Positions 27,354 to 36,444 of a DNA stretch of 64,000 nucleotides are shown piece after piece. The DNA lies in IMG/VR virus record IMGVR_UViG_3300028392_000036, positions 78,902 through 142,901 of that record; one strand, 5' to 3'. How positions within the stretch are numbered: the first letter of the stretch is position 1; every line of letters begins with the position of its first letter. The DNA is from a virus. A program made the position numbers and the translations under genes. Under the pieces are notes generated by a model. That model was not told the DNA's origin. It saw only the letters and a program-made list of their open reading frames with translations, and ran no database searches.

Positions 27354-28288
27354 TTACAACAATTAATGGCGATATGTTAGAGGTAGCGGATCAAATTACA
27401 GACGGATCCATTGACCTACTGCTGACAGATCCACCTTACAACATCAGTGAGGACGGAGCCCAGCCAGTGTGGATTGACAAGGCCACTGGCAAAAACAAAA
27501 CAAACATACACAATCAAAAATTCAGCGAGAGTTTTGACCAGAACTGGGATGAAGTGGGACACGATGAGTTCTTGCAACAGATCAATGGCTGGGCTGAGGT
27601 TTGGTTCAAGAAAATCCGCAAAGGTGGAAGTTTTGCCATCTTTATCAGCGACCAGTATGTGAGCTATCTCTGGACTGCCATGGAGAACGCAGGATTTGAA
27701 CCCAAGCGTGTGTGGACCTGGAAGAAGCCAGCGGCAGTACCGTTCAACCGTCAGGTCAATCCTGTGAGTGCCTGTGAGTATGTGCTTTTTGGCATCAAGC
27801 CCAAGGGCCCTAGAACTTTTAATGCAAATGCCACCAAGGGTTCAATTGTGGAACGCTATGCATCAGCAGACAAGGTCAGTAGTATTGTTTACAAAATGGT
27901 CAAGGATGCCGACAGTCTCGATAACCTTGACAAGATCTTTGATGAGGCCAAGAAAGAAGCCAAACGTATGTTGGCTGATCGCAAGACTGAAGAAGGTTTA
28001 ATACAATGTGTGATTCCAAACACCATCACCTACAGTGGTGGTCTGGGCAAGGGCAAGATACATCCTACACAAAAGCCCACTGAGATCTTGGAGTACTTTA
28101 TTGAGTTGTTGAGCAACCCAGGCAACACAGTACTAGATACATTTGCAGGCAGTGGCTCCACTGGTATCGCGTGTGAGAACCGAAATAGAAACTGTATTTT
28201 GATTGAACGTGATCCGGGTATGTTTGCAAAGATGCAAGCTCGAGTTGATGAAAAAACCGCACAATCCAACATAGTTGAGTTCATTTGA
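27350..28288 (+). CDS. Beta-class N4C/N6A DNA methyltransferase
   Basis: TDPPY, HPTQKP, LDTFAGSGSTG. Confidence 0.93.
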   Translation: MITTINGDMLEVADQITDGSIDLLLTDPPYNISEDGAQPVWIDKATGKNKTNIHNQKFSESFDQNWDEVGHDEFLQQINGWAEVWFKKIRKGGSFAIFISDQYVSYLWTAMENAGFEPKRVWTWKKPAAVPFNRQVNPVSACEYVLFGIKPKGPRTFNANATKGSIVERYASADKVSSIVYKMVKDADSLDNLDKIFDEAKKEAKRMLADRKTEEGLIQCVIPNTITYSGGLGKGKIHPTQKPTEILEYFIELLSNPGNTVLDTFAGSGSTGIACENRNRNCILIERDPGMFAKMQARVDEKTAQSNIVEFI

Positions 28289-28313
28289 CCTAATTCAATA
28301 AATTTGTTATAAT
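28285..28313 (+). promoter_or_regulatory. Sigma70-type promoter
   Basis: TTGACC-N17-TATAAT. Confidence 0.8.
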
Positions 28314-28342
28314 ACACTTATGTTTAATTTTTGGAGTACCGT

Positions 28343-29476
28343 ATGACCAAGGCTGTGACATCTAACCTAGTAGTAAATCCCTTTGCGCCACCACCTAAGA
28401 TTGTGCAAACCCCGTTGGTGTCAACTGGGAATATCTATGATCCATTGGTTCCCCGTGCAATGGCCATTGCCAATGAAGATGTGGTTCAAGAGGCTATAGA
28501 TGCTTTGCGTACCCGACTTCAAGGAACTCCATACCGTCAAGAACATTTTGGACGGCTTGAAGAGTTAGAATCCAATTTGATCGATATCAATATTGATATT
28601 CAACGTCTATTAGAAACGCCACATATTGCAAAAAATATTATTGAGCTGTTTGATCCTCGAATCATGCAACCACTCAATGTTATTTTTATTAAAGAAACCG
28701 GACGCTACAGTGCCTGGGAGGGCCAACAAAGTGGCACAGCCTTTGCATTGATGATGCATTTTGGATTGATTACTCCTGACACCTTAATTCAATGTAAAGT
28801 GGTAGATGATGATCTTGTGGTACCTGGCTCAGACTTGGCTGGTGAGGCTGTGGGCAATTACGGATTTCGTTGTATCAATTACAAAGGGCGCAAGGAACCT
28901 GATTTATTTTGGATCTTTAGAAGTATGGTCAATGGTGTTCGGCTCTATAAAAGTACACTGACGGAAGATTTACAGGCCAACGAAATTCAAAATATGTTGC
29001 AAACTCACAGTATGTTTTCAGCACCCGGACTTGAAGCTCGCGGGCAAAAAGCCAAACCGGGTATGGTCACTCACATCAGCAGTATGTTAAACATAGCCGG
29101 ACACGGTACCGAGTCAGAAAAATTTGATATAACCAAAGCAGATTTAGATTGGGTGCTAGGTTGGCACAATCGCTACTACGCCAGCGAAAAGGGTGTGAAC
29201 GGTGGTTATTTAATTACATTCGGACGTTTTGCCGCATTGTGTCGTGAGCAAGATATAGCAATTACCAAAGAACACGAGCTTGAGTTTTTCCAGCATATGA
29301 AACGCTACGGATCGCCAAAAGCATTCCACGATGATTGCAAGCAACGATACAAAAAAGTATATGGTGGATGGTCAGACGCTTGCCTATTACCAATCTGGCA
29401 GAAAGATTATATGAAACGTGGCGGCACCTTGCCATTACCAACTATCAAGAATTACAATGAATACAAATCTCTCTGA
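28343..29476 (+). CDS. Hypothetical protein with ParB-like N-terminal region
   Basis: INIDIQR, FDPR.MQP, AWEGQQ; GGAG RBS. Confidence 0.5.
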   Translation: MTKAVTSNLVVNPFAPPPKIVQTPLVSTGNIYDPLVPRAMAIANEDVVQEAIDALRTRLQGTPYRQEHFGRLEELESNLIDINIDIQRLLETPHIAKNIIELFDPRIMQPLNVIFIKETGRYSAWEGQQSGTAFALMMHFGLITPDTLIQCKVVDDDLVVPGSDLAGEAVGNYGFRCINYKGRKEPDLFWIFRSMVNGVRLYKSTLTEDLQANEIQNMLQTHSMFSAPGLEARGQKAKPGMVTHISSMLNIAGHGTESEKFDITKADLDWVLGWHNRYYASEKGVNGGYLITFGRFAALCREQDIAITKEHELEFFQHMKRYGSPKAFHDDCKQRYKKVYGGWSDACLLPIWQKDYMKRGGTLPLPTIKNYNEYKSL

Positions 29477-29819
29477 TTCATATCACTTTTATCTTTGGCG
29501 TCATCGCTACATAGATGACGATACTGAGGCCACAGTGACTCGAACTTGTTTTGGAATAACCTCCAATCTTGACAAGAGACAAAACGGATATGAAGGGCAC
29601 GTGGGACATCCTATCCGCTGGGCAGCCGTTTGGCAAGGCCCTGAAAGACAGATACGTGAATTAGAGCATCGTCTCAAAGCCGCTTTTAGAGACTATCTAT
29701 TTGCCGGCCACAATGACTTTGTTTACGAGTGGGTGGACGAGACTGTACCTTACGAAAGTGTAAGAAATTGGGTAGAATGGGAAGTTGAAAATACATTTGC
29801 TGATATAGGAAAACTATGA
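29457..29819 (+). CDS. GIY-YIG/T5orf172-like protein
   Basis: FYLW...FGITSN..KR..GY...LE..LK. Confidence 0.5.
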   Translation: MNTNLSDSYHFYLWRHRYIDDDTEATVTRTCFGITSNLDKRQNGYEGHVGHPIRWAAVWQGPERQIRELEHRLKAAFRDYLFAGHNDFVYEWVDETVPYESVRNWVEWEVENTFADIGKL

Positions 29820-30070
29820 GCGTTTTACATTTCAAAGCCAGACCATGGACGGTGTTTGATCCTGCCAACAAAGAACACCGGCGTTGGTATAACCAGTTTG
29901 TAACACACGGTGGATGGGGGCAATGTCCTTACAGATTTATTGTGCCCGAAGACCACGGCGATTTGATTACCATGTGCCAACGCAGTCTAGTGCGGTTTTA
30001 TGTGGAGCACGAGTTTAAAATTGTTGTAAAAAAGCCACAAAAAAGAGCCCGGAAAAAAGTAATACGTTAG
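29816..30070 (+). CDS. Conserved phage hypothetical protein
   Basis: FDPANKEHR, WGQCPYRF. Confidence 0.75.
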   Translation: MSVLHFKARPWTVFDPANKEHRRWYNQFVTHGGWGQCPYRFIVPEDHGDLITMCQRSLVRFYVEHEFKIVVKKPQKRARKKVIR

Positions 30071-30139
30071 TACTACAAAAGCCCTACTAACACTAGGGCT
30101 TTTCTTTTGGTTGACCGAATATTCTCTTTTTGCTATAAT
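30059..30139 (+). promoter_or_regulatory. Operator (copy 4), terminator hairpin and sigma70 promoter
   Basis: GTAATAC-GTTA-GTACTAC; AAAAGCCCTA/TAGGGCTTTT; TTGACC 30111, N17, TATAAT 30134. Confidence 0.85.
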
Positions 30140-30169
30140 ACTTGTATAGAAACTAAAAAGGGGTTTGAA

Positions 30170-30640
30170 ATGGGTACACGTAGTCGCATCGCAGTAATGC
30201 ACGGAGAAGTTTGCAAATCAGTTTACTGTCATTGGGATGGCTATCTTGAGCATAACGGTGCCATTTTGTTGGAACATTATGACTCCTCCAAAGCCAATCA
30301 ATTGGTTGCACTAGGTGACTTGTCAAGCCTGCGCCCTGAGATTGGTATCAAGCATCCTTTCAGTTGTTTGGATCCTGAGGCTGGTAGCGACTACGAACAA
30401 CGCTATGGCAACATGTGTACCTTTTACGATCGCGATCGCGGTGAGACAGAATGCACTTGGTCGGTAGATCACACGTTTGAAGACTTCCTGGACCGTGCCA
30501 AAGGTTGTGCCGCTGAGTTTTACTATGTGATGAAAGATGGTACATGGTATGTAGGCGACACTTACGGCTCAACGGCATTAAGTAATAAGTTAACACTTCT
30601 TGCAGAGGCCTTGCAGGCTGTAGAAACGGTTGACCAATAA
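30170..30640 (+). CDS. Conserved phage early protein
   Basis: MGTRSRI, VYCHWDGY, LGDLSSL, YDRDRGE. Confidence 0.85.
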   Translation: MGTRSRIAVMHGEVCKSVYCHWDGYLEHNGAILLEHYDSSKANQLVALGDLSSLRPEIGIKHPFSCLDPEAGSDYEQRYGNMCTFYDRDRGETECTWSVDHTFEDFLDRAKGCAAEFYYVMKDGTWYVGDTYGSTALSNKLTLLAEALQAVETVDQ

Positions 30641-30658
30641 TCGCCAAACTGCTATAAT
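30630..30658 (+). promoter_or_regulatory. Sigma70-type early promoter
   Basis: TTGACC-N17-TATAAT. Confidence 0.9.
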
Positions 30659-30689
30659 ATACACATAGATTAACAAAACAGGAGCCAGT

Positions 30690-31466
30690 ATGCCAGGATT
30701 TGTAGACGTATCAAATATGACAGCCCGTGAAATTCGCATGATGGACCATGCGGCTGACGCTGACGAATCATATCAGCCACGCCAAACTTGGAAACCCAAG
30801 GCCCGGCCTGCAAGTGTTGCTCACTCTGTGGACAATGTTTGGGGCGCGGCAGTGGCGTCACAACGCATCAATGGCTCTTATGTTAAAGAGACTACTTATA
30901 TCTTGGACACGGACCAGAACGTCAGTGTGGTAGACAAACGTCGCAACCGCGATATCATTGCAGACATTCTCGCCAACCCTGCTCAACTCACTGTGGAAGA
31001 TATTGCACAGGGCCAGGAGTGCCGCAAGTTCCTGCAAAACGACATTACCTTCCGTGCGCTCAAAGGTCGACTCACAGAGTTTGACAGTGCCATAAGCAAG
31101 GTGATTGCTGTGACTGAAGAGTTTGATACTGTGAAACACAAATACGAATTGGCTGTGGTTGCGTGTCTGCCACAAAGCCATACTCGTGCCTTGGAGCGTC
31201 AGACCGTGCAAGATCGAGTGCGCCAAACATCAGGCGAGTTCGTAGGTAATCCAGGCGACAAGGTTCAACTAGACGTTGAGATTATCAAATCAAATTTCAG
31301 TCAGCAGTGGAACACTTGGTATTCCACTGCCGTTACTCAAGACAATAGTGCTGTGTTTTTTGCCTATCGCCAGCAATTGTCTGTGGGTTCCAAACACACT
31401 ATCGCAGGAACCGTCAAGGCTCACAGAGACGGCTCCACTCAACTCAACCGTGTGAGCATTATCTAA
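30690..31466 (+). CDS. Protein with C-terminal OB-fold
   Basis: VGNPGDKV...IAGTVKAH...TQLNRV. Confidence 0.65.
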   Translation: MPGFVDVSNMTAREIRMMDHAADADESYQPRQTWKPKARPASVAHSVDNVWGAAVASQRINGSYVKETTYILDTDQNVSVVDKRRNRDIIADILANPAQLTVEDIAQGQECRKFLQNDITFRALKGRLTEFDSAISKVIAVTEEFDTVKHKYELAVVACLPQSHTRALERQTVQDRVRQTSGEFVGNPGDKVQLDVEIIKSNFSQQWNTWYSTAVTQDNSAVFFAYRQQLSVGSKHTIAGTVKAHRDGSTQLNRVSII

Positions 31467-31475
31467 GGACACATC

Positions 31476-31604
31476 ATGAGCAAACTCATAATTGGATTCA
31501 TTTTAGGTTTGGTGGTCAGTGCTGTTGGATTTTCGGGCATTGCTCGAATGTTTGACAAAGGCGTACAGACCATCCAAACCCAAAGCAAGGAACTGGCCCA
31601 GTAA
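31476..31604 (+). CDS. Small membrane protein, 42 aa (not in ORF track)
   Basis: MSKLIIGFILGLVVSAVGFSGIARMFDKGV; AAGGA RBS. Confidence 0.7.
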   Translation: MSKLIIGFILGLVVSAVGFSGIARMFDKGVQTIQTQSKELAQ

Positions 31605-31640
31605 AACGGGCAAATCGAATCAAAATTATTGCAAAAGTGG

Positions 31641-31669
31641 TTGACCAATATACTATCTTTTGCTATAAT
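31641..31669 (+). promoter_or_regulatory. Sigma70-type early promoter
   Basis: TTGACC-N17-TATAAT. Confidence 0.9.
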
Positions 31670-31737
31670 ATTGATATGTTGAGCAGTAATGCAAAACATT
31701 TTTTAAACTTTAGGCAACTTTGAAAGGCAACTTTATT

Positions 31738-32100
31738 ATGTCAGCAGACAAAATGTTTACAGTAGCAGGTACCGCTACAAATCCCGATGGTACTACTAAG
31801 GCTCGCTTTGCGAACGACTTGGTAGCCCGCATCAAGATCCTTAACAAGGCTAAATGCACCAACATCAACCTGGTAGAATTGCCTCGTGCAATGACCAAGT
31901 TAGAAGCCCTCCAGTTCTTGACTGAGAATGGCATCACCGACGGCGACGCTGGCTATGCTATAGCCAACAAGCTGGCAGAGAAGACCAAGGTCGCCAAGAA
32001 AGGCGAAGTCAAGGTTGCTGGCAAAGGCGTCAAAGCCACAGCACCTAAGACCGCCAAGGCTACCGTGACTGCCGAGGCAGTTGCAAGCACTAACTCCTAA
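31738..32100 (+). CDS. Basic hypothetical protein with Lys/Ala tail
   Basis: FTVAG, KARFAND, LVELP..MTK; own promoter and terminator. Confidence 0.8.
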   Translation: MSADKMFTVAGTATNPDGTTKARFANDLVARIKILNKAKCTNINLVELPRAMTKLEALQFLTENGITDGDAGYAIANKLAEKTKVAKKGEVKVAGKGVKATAPKTAKATVTAEAVASTNS

Positions 32101-32116
32101 TCAGAGTCAGAGTGCC

Positions 32117-32143
32117 AAAAAGGCGGCTTTAGGGCCGCTTTTC
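32117..32143 (+). terminator. Rho-independent terminator
   Basis: GCGGC/GCCGC stem followed by TTTT. Confidence 0.7.
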
Positions 32144-32176
32144 TACGACTTTTTGGTTTGGTACATAATTAATACT

Positions 32177-32428
32177 ATGCTCAAACCAGATGAATACTTA
32201 CACGAGCGCATCCAAAGTGTTATGCTTGAGGTCATGGGTGTGCTATATGGCAACAACATTACCTTGGTACATATGGGTGCCATGATGAGATTGTTGGGAG
32301 TGCCAGATCACAAGGCCGCCGAGCATGATGACGAGATGCTAGAGCTAGATGAAAAGTTTGGCGCTATGCTACTGGAATTAAATAAAAGCACACCAAAACA
32401 AGTCCCTAAGGACGCTACTATCCATTAA
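32177..32428 (+). CDS. Hypothetical protein
   Basis: HMGAMMRLLGV; TAATTA-N5-ATG. Confidence 0.7.
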   Translation: MLKPDEYLHERIQSVMLEVMGVLYGNNITLVHMGAMMRLLGVPDHKAAEHDDEMLELDEKFGAMLLELNKSTPKQVPKDATIH

Positions 32429-32673
32429 TGACCATACCTAACTATCGTGCAGTGGAACCTCTGTACATTGTGATCTTGCGTAATACCAATCAAGCCGAAT
32501 CGTTATTTCGAACCTGGATCAAAGAGAATCGAATCGAACACGCTAACATCAACGGCAATCGCATGATGCTTCACGACCAACGTGCATTCGAACAGTTCCG
32601 TGTGACTTGGACACATTCTTGGGACGCTATTTCAGTGTGGGACACCTGGCTCAAGAGACCTGTTTATCTTTGA
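32428..32673 (+). CDS. Hypothetical protein
   Basis: TAATG-coupled. Confidence 0.7.
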   Translation: MTIPNYRAVEPLYIVILRNTNQAESLFRTWIKENRIEHANINGNRMMLHDQRAFEQFRVTWTHSWDAISVWDTWLKRPVYL

Positions 32674-32674
32674 T

Positions 32675-33295
32675 ATGGATCCTGTAGTGGTTGCTTACCC
32701 GCCGGGATCGTGTGGTACACGATTAACCAAAAAACTAGCCAATAGTGAGTCTTGGAATCGATACCCAAAACAACACCAACACTTTAGTACTTTACCCACA
32801 ATAAAATATAATGGGTATAACAAATATCCAGAGTCAAAAAATATAGATAATTTGTTACCAATTGAAATCGAACAACCGATAATTGCAGTACATTCCTTGC
32901 ACGGCCAAACAATTTCTAAAGTGTTTCCAGGGCGACAAATCGTCAAGGTGCAGGCAAGTTTTTACAAATCCTTGCGACGATGGTGGTATGTATATGGTAA
33001 TCAGTGGTATCAAAAACGGTCGCCGCCCCTGGACCTTTTTTTTCGGCCGTTGCAAAGACATCTAACACCGTGTCAACAAGTCATTGCATATCATGCAACC
33101 TACTACGAAACTAATGTAGATACTGTTGCTGATCAATGTTGGAAAATTGAACCAGGACAATCGGATTTTGCTGACTTTGTACTGGAAGAATTTGAATTCC
33201 CACATGATTCAGAATTTGATGATGCTTGGAATTACATCAAAGAGATTGCTGATTTTACTGCAATGAAATCAGATCAATTGATCTGTTCAAAATAA
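32675..33295 (+). CDS. Sulfotransferase/P-loop-like protein
   Basis: N-terminal VVVAYPPGSCGT loop; weak resemblance. Confidence 0.4.
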   Translation: MDPVVVAYPPGSCGTRLTKKLANSESWNRYPKQHQHFSTLPTIKYNGYNKYPESKNIDNLLPIEIEQPIIAVHSLHGQTISKVFPGRQIVKVQASFYKSLRRWWYVYGNQWYQKRSPPLDLFFRPLQRHLTPCQQVIAYHATYYETNVDTVADQCWKIEPGQSDFADFVLEEFEFPHDSEFDDAWNYIKEIADFTAMKSDQLICSK

Positions 33296-33362
33296 TTGCA
33301 TCCAGTGCAACTAATGTGTATAATTAACTGGTGCGAAATGCACTTATTATAAAGGAAATACT

Positions 33363-33548
33363 ATGACACAACACGAACAAATCGTGGCCGCTTATGAAAC
33401 TTACTTGGCCGAGAATGCCAAGTTCGCCGACAAGGGCGTTAAAGCCAGCGCCGCTCGTGCTAGAAAAGCTCTGCAAGAAATGAGCAAGGGCATTAAAGAG
33501 CGTCGCAAAGAGATCACTACAGAAAAAGAAGCCTTGGCCGCCAAATAA
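33363..33548 (+). CDS. Histone H1-like (Hc1-type) basic protein
   Basis: KGVKASAARARKALQE...RRKEI; promoter TTGCAT-N17-TATAAT 33296-33324. Confidence 0.75.
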   Translation: MTQHEQIVAAYETYLAENAKFADKGVKASAARARKALQEMSKGIKERRKEITTEKEALAAK

Positions 33549-33745
33549 TGCCAATTGTTCAAGTAGTAGAAGATCCAGATAATCCAGGAGAACTACTGTT
33601 GGATTTGGGTCTTGAACTGTGTGCTGAAATCGGATTGAAAGTAGGCGACACAGTAGAATGGATAGATCAAAAGGACGGCTCATGGCTGTTACAGAAATCA
33701 AAGACCTCAGCGAGTTGCTCGACCAACTCAACACAAAATCTTTAG
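33548..33745 (+). CDS. AbrB/MazE-like protein
   Basis: GELLLDL...GLKVGDTVEW...DGSWLL. Confidence 0.65.
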   Translation: MPIVQVVEDPDNPGELLLDLGLELCAEIGLKVGDTVEWIDQKDGSWLLQKSKTSASCSTNSTQNL

Positions 33746-34209
33746 AAGACACGCACTTCAAGTGGACTGCCGATACTATTGAGCCACAGACAACTTACAG
33801 TATATCTAGTGGTGGGACATTTAGTCCCTCATATGGTGCTGTGCCTAATGTGGCTATTAGTGGTAGCACTATGAGTGCCACCGGTATCAATGTTACCAGT
33901 CCTGTTTGGACAACTAACACCACTGCTGGCAGTTACAGTTTTACTGGCCTGAACGTTCAACCCAACAACACAGTCCATATCAAAGGTGAAGACGCTGATC
34001 TCTTGATCAACGACAAGAGTCTCAAGACCTGGATGGAAAAGGTAGAAGAGCGGCTCAACATCTTGACACCCAATCCTGAACTTGAGAAAGAGTGGGATGA
34101 TTTGCGTAGACTAGGCGAGCGTTATCGCAAACTAGAGAAGAAATGTCGAGAAAAAGCAGACGTGTGGAAGAAATTAAAAAGTATGCCTAAACCCAATATT
34201 AACATATGA
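33682..34209 (+). CDS. Hypothetical protein with coiled-coil C-terminus
   Basis: AAGGA RBS; ERLNILTPNPELE. Confidence 0.7.
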   Translation: MAVTEIKDLSELLDQLNTKSLEDTHFKWTADTIEPQTTYSISSGGTFSPSYGAVPNVAISGSTMSATGINVTSPVWTTNTTAGSYSFTGLNVQPNNTVHIKGEDADLLINDKSLKTWMEKVEERLNILTPNPELEKEWDDLRRLGERYRKLEKKCREKADVWKKLKSMPKPNINI

Positions 34210-34982
34210 ATAGTAAACAAAGAATCAAACACATAACCAAGTGGATCAAGTCCTATGCCCGGAGTGCCAAAATTGACACTTTGGTAGTGGGAATTTCAGG
34301 CGGCATTGACTCCAGTGTGGTATCCACGCTGTGCGCTGAAACAGGACTCAAAACCATTGTGGTCCAAATGCCCATCCGTCAGAATCGAAAACTGGACAAT
34401 CGCAGTAGTATGCAGGCTGGGTGGTTGCTGGAACGCTACAAAAATGTCACACACGTGAGCATGGATCTAACTTCAGTGTTCACAGCATTTGAAAAGAAAC
34501 TTGAACCAGTGTGCCGAGACAGCAATGACATAACGCTGGCATTTGCCAACAGCCGTGCTAGACTACGCATGATGACCTTGTACCAAATTGCACAAAGTTA
34601 TAGTGGTATTGTTGTGGGCACAGGCAATCGGGTTGAAGACTTTGGCGTGGGCTTTTTTACCAAGTACGGTGACGGCGGGGTTGACATCAGCCCCATTGGC
34701 GACTGCATGAAAACTGCTGTTTGGGACATGGGCAGAGAGTTTGGATTGCCCCAAGAAATCATTGATGCCGAACCTACTGACGGACTCTGGGACGATGACC
34801 GCACCGACGAAGGACAACTGGGCATGACCTACCCCGAGTTAGAAACGGCTATGGTCCAAGCAGAAACAAATTCTGGTGTGGACAACAAAACTGAAAAAGA
34901 TAATCTCAAGAAGTATCGAGCAATTCGAGCCAGAAACCTGCACAAGATGGAACCAATTCCTGTGTGCCAAATCTCTGAATAA
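34206..34982 (+). CDS. nadE: NH3-dependent NAD+ synthetase
   Basis: GISGGIDS, NSRARLRM, GTGN, GFFTKYGDGG, PTDGL. Confidence 0.95.
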   Translation: MNSKQRIKHITKWIKSYARSAKIDTLVVGISGGIDSSVVSTLCAETGLKTIVVQMPIRQNRKLDNRSSMQAGWLLERYKNVTHVSMDLTSVFTAFEKKLEPVCRDSNDITLAFANSRARLRMMTLYQIAQSYSGIVVGTGNRVEDFGVGFFTKYGDGGVDISPIGDCMKTAVWDMGREFGLPQEIIDAEPTDGLWDDDRTDEGQLGMTYPELETAMVQAETNSGVDNKTEKDNLKKYRAIRARNLHKMEPIPVCQISE

Positions 34983-35064
34983 AGTAAGCCGTTTACTCCA
35001 AAACGGCACCTTTTTCACCCGGTCTGAGCCCGGTTCTGCAATCAACTGAGTAAGTAAAACTACC

Positions 35065-35640
35065 ATGAAAGCACAAGTAAACTACATCAGCGATCAACTC
35101 GCAATTTGGAGTTCAAGAGCCTTCCGAGTCGCAGGACTTTGGATTGTTGCCCTAGCTGTGATCGCTGTATGCAATCACAAGTTAAATGATCTCCGTGCAG
35201 GCATTGAATCAATGCCTGCTGGTTATGTGTCAGCTACAGAAAAAATTCGATCCTTGGATTGTTTGACACGCAACATCTACTGGGAAGCCGCATCAGAGCC
35301 TTTTGAAGGCAAAGTTGCTGTGGCCCAAGTCACAATGAATAGACTAGCATCAGGACGCTTTGGCGACAGTGTCTGCGGTGTAATCTATCAGAAAAACGTA
35401 TTCTACGAACGAGTAATCTGCCAGTTTAGTTGGGTGTGTGAAAGCACTCACAAAACTCGGCCAGTGCATCAACCCTTGTGGGCAGAGTCAGAATTGGTAG
35501 CCAAAAAAGTGCTACTGGAAAACTTTAGACTGCCCAGTTTAAAAGGCGCACTTTATTATCACGCAGACTATGTTAGCCCGGGTTGGCAAAAACCCAAAAT
35601 TGATAAAATCGGTCGTCACATCTTTTACGGAGAGCGTTAA
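35065..35640 (+). CDS. SleB/Hydrolase_2 cell wall hydrolase with N-terminal anchor
   Basis: CLTRNIYWEA, AVAQVTMNR, CQFSW, YYHADYV, IGRHIFY. Confidence 0.92.
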   Translation: MKAQVNYISDQLAIWSSRAFRVAGLWIVALAVIAVCNHKLNDLRAGIESMPAGYVSATEKIRSLDCLTRNIYWEAASEPFEGKVAVAQVTMNRLASGRFGDSVCGVIYQKNVFYERVICQFSWVCESTHKTRPVHQPLWAESELVAKKVLLENFRLPSLKGALYYHADYVSPGWQKPKIDKIGRHIFYGER

Positions 35641-35954
35641 TGCCTTTCAATCTTCCTGTTGCAATCATTGCTGTTCGTGATTACATTACTAACAGCCTGG
35701 CACGACTTTCGGCAGATACACTGGGCTGGTTGGCGGCCATCGTATTACATTGTGCAACCCTGCCCAGTTTCCTGGCCTTGATGACCGGGCTTTCGGACAA
35801 GACCCCGAGTTTGGACATCATCCTGTTTCTCTGGGGCGGTTTGATCCTGTTGTTCTTGCGGGCGGTAGTACTGAAAGATATGCTAAACATTGTGACCATT
35901 GGCGTTGGGTTTATGCTACAGGCTGGATTCTTGGCCTTGATCCTGTTTAAGTAA
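35640..35954 (+). CDS. Small multi-TM membrane protein (holin candidate)
   Basis: About three hydrophobic helices; TAATG-coupled to SleB. Confidence 0.55.
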   Translation: MPFNLPVAIIAVRDYITNSLARLSADTLGWLAAIVLHCATLPSFLALMTGLSDKTPSLDIILFLWGGLILLFLRAVVLKDMLNIVTIGVGFMLQAGFLALILFK

Positions 35955-35957
35955 AAA

Positions 35958-35993
35958 GTATTACTTGACCACAAACTCTGAATATGCTATAAT
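35958..35993 (+). promoter_or_regulatory. Operator half-site plus leaderless sigma70 promoter
   Basis: GTATTAC-TTGACC-N17-TATAAT-N6-ATG. Confidence 0.85.
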
Positions 35994-35999
35994 ATAGGC

Positions 36000-36239
36000 A
36001 TGTTTAAGACAGCCAAACACACTTACCGAACGCTCAAGCAAAGTGATCCTAACTTTAGTTTCAGCCCTGACGGCATTACTCTGGTGCCACGTGCCGGTTT
36101 TGAGATTTCGTCTGGGTGCCCCGGCAACTATGCAGACATCATTCGTGAGTGTATCAACCACGGTTGGCTCAAACCGGTTGCCCATATGCGTGACGAAGAA
36201 CTAACTTGGGAATTATTGAAATATGAAACTCTGCCCTAA
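36000..36239 (+). CDS. Hypothetical protein
   Basis: PRAGFEI...CP...GWLKPVA. Confidence 0.75.
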   Translation: MFKTAKHTYRTLKQSDPNFSFSPDGITLVPRAGFEISSGCPGNYADIIRECINHGWLKPVAHMRDEELTWELLKYETLP

Positions 36240-36444
36240 ATGCGATGATCGAGCCCTGTGCTGTGATCACTGTGCCTACTTCAACTTCAACGGAGATGCA
36301 GACGGTGCCTACACTGGCGACGGTTGGTGCCGCTTGCACAAGCGAGCAGAAGACCCCGGCAGTCTCTGTGACGAGTACGTTTGTTTTGAACTCTTAGCAA
36401 AGGACGCACCCAATGTCGATGCATCTACACCATCCCAGTCTTAG
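36223..36444 (+). CDS. Cys-rich metal-binding small protein
   Basis: CPKC, CCDHC, GWC..H, C...C. Confidence 0.65.
   Translation: MKLCPKCDDRALCCDHCAYFNFNGDADGAYTGDGWCRLHKRAEDPGSLCDEYVCFELLAKDAPNVDASTPSQS

Noticed and set aside
27350-29819. Restriction-modification or DNA-modification operon
   Set aside because: A separate promoter splits the methyltransferase from the next two genes, whose domain calls are weak
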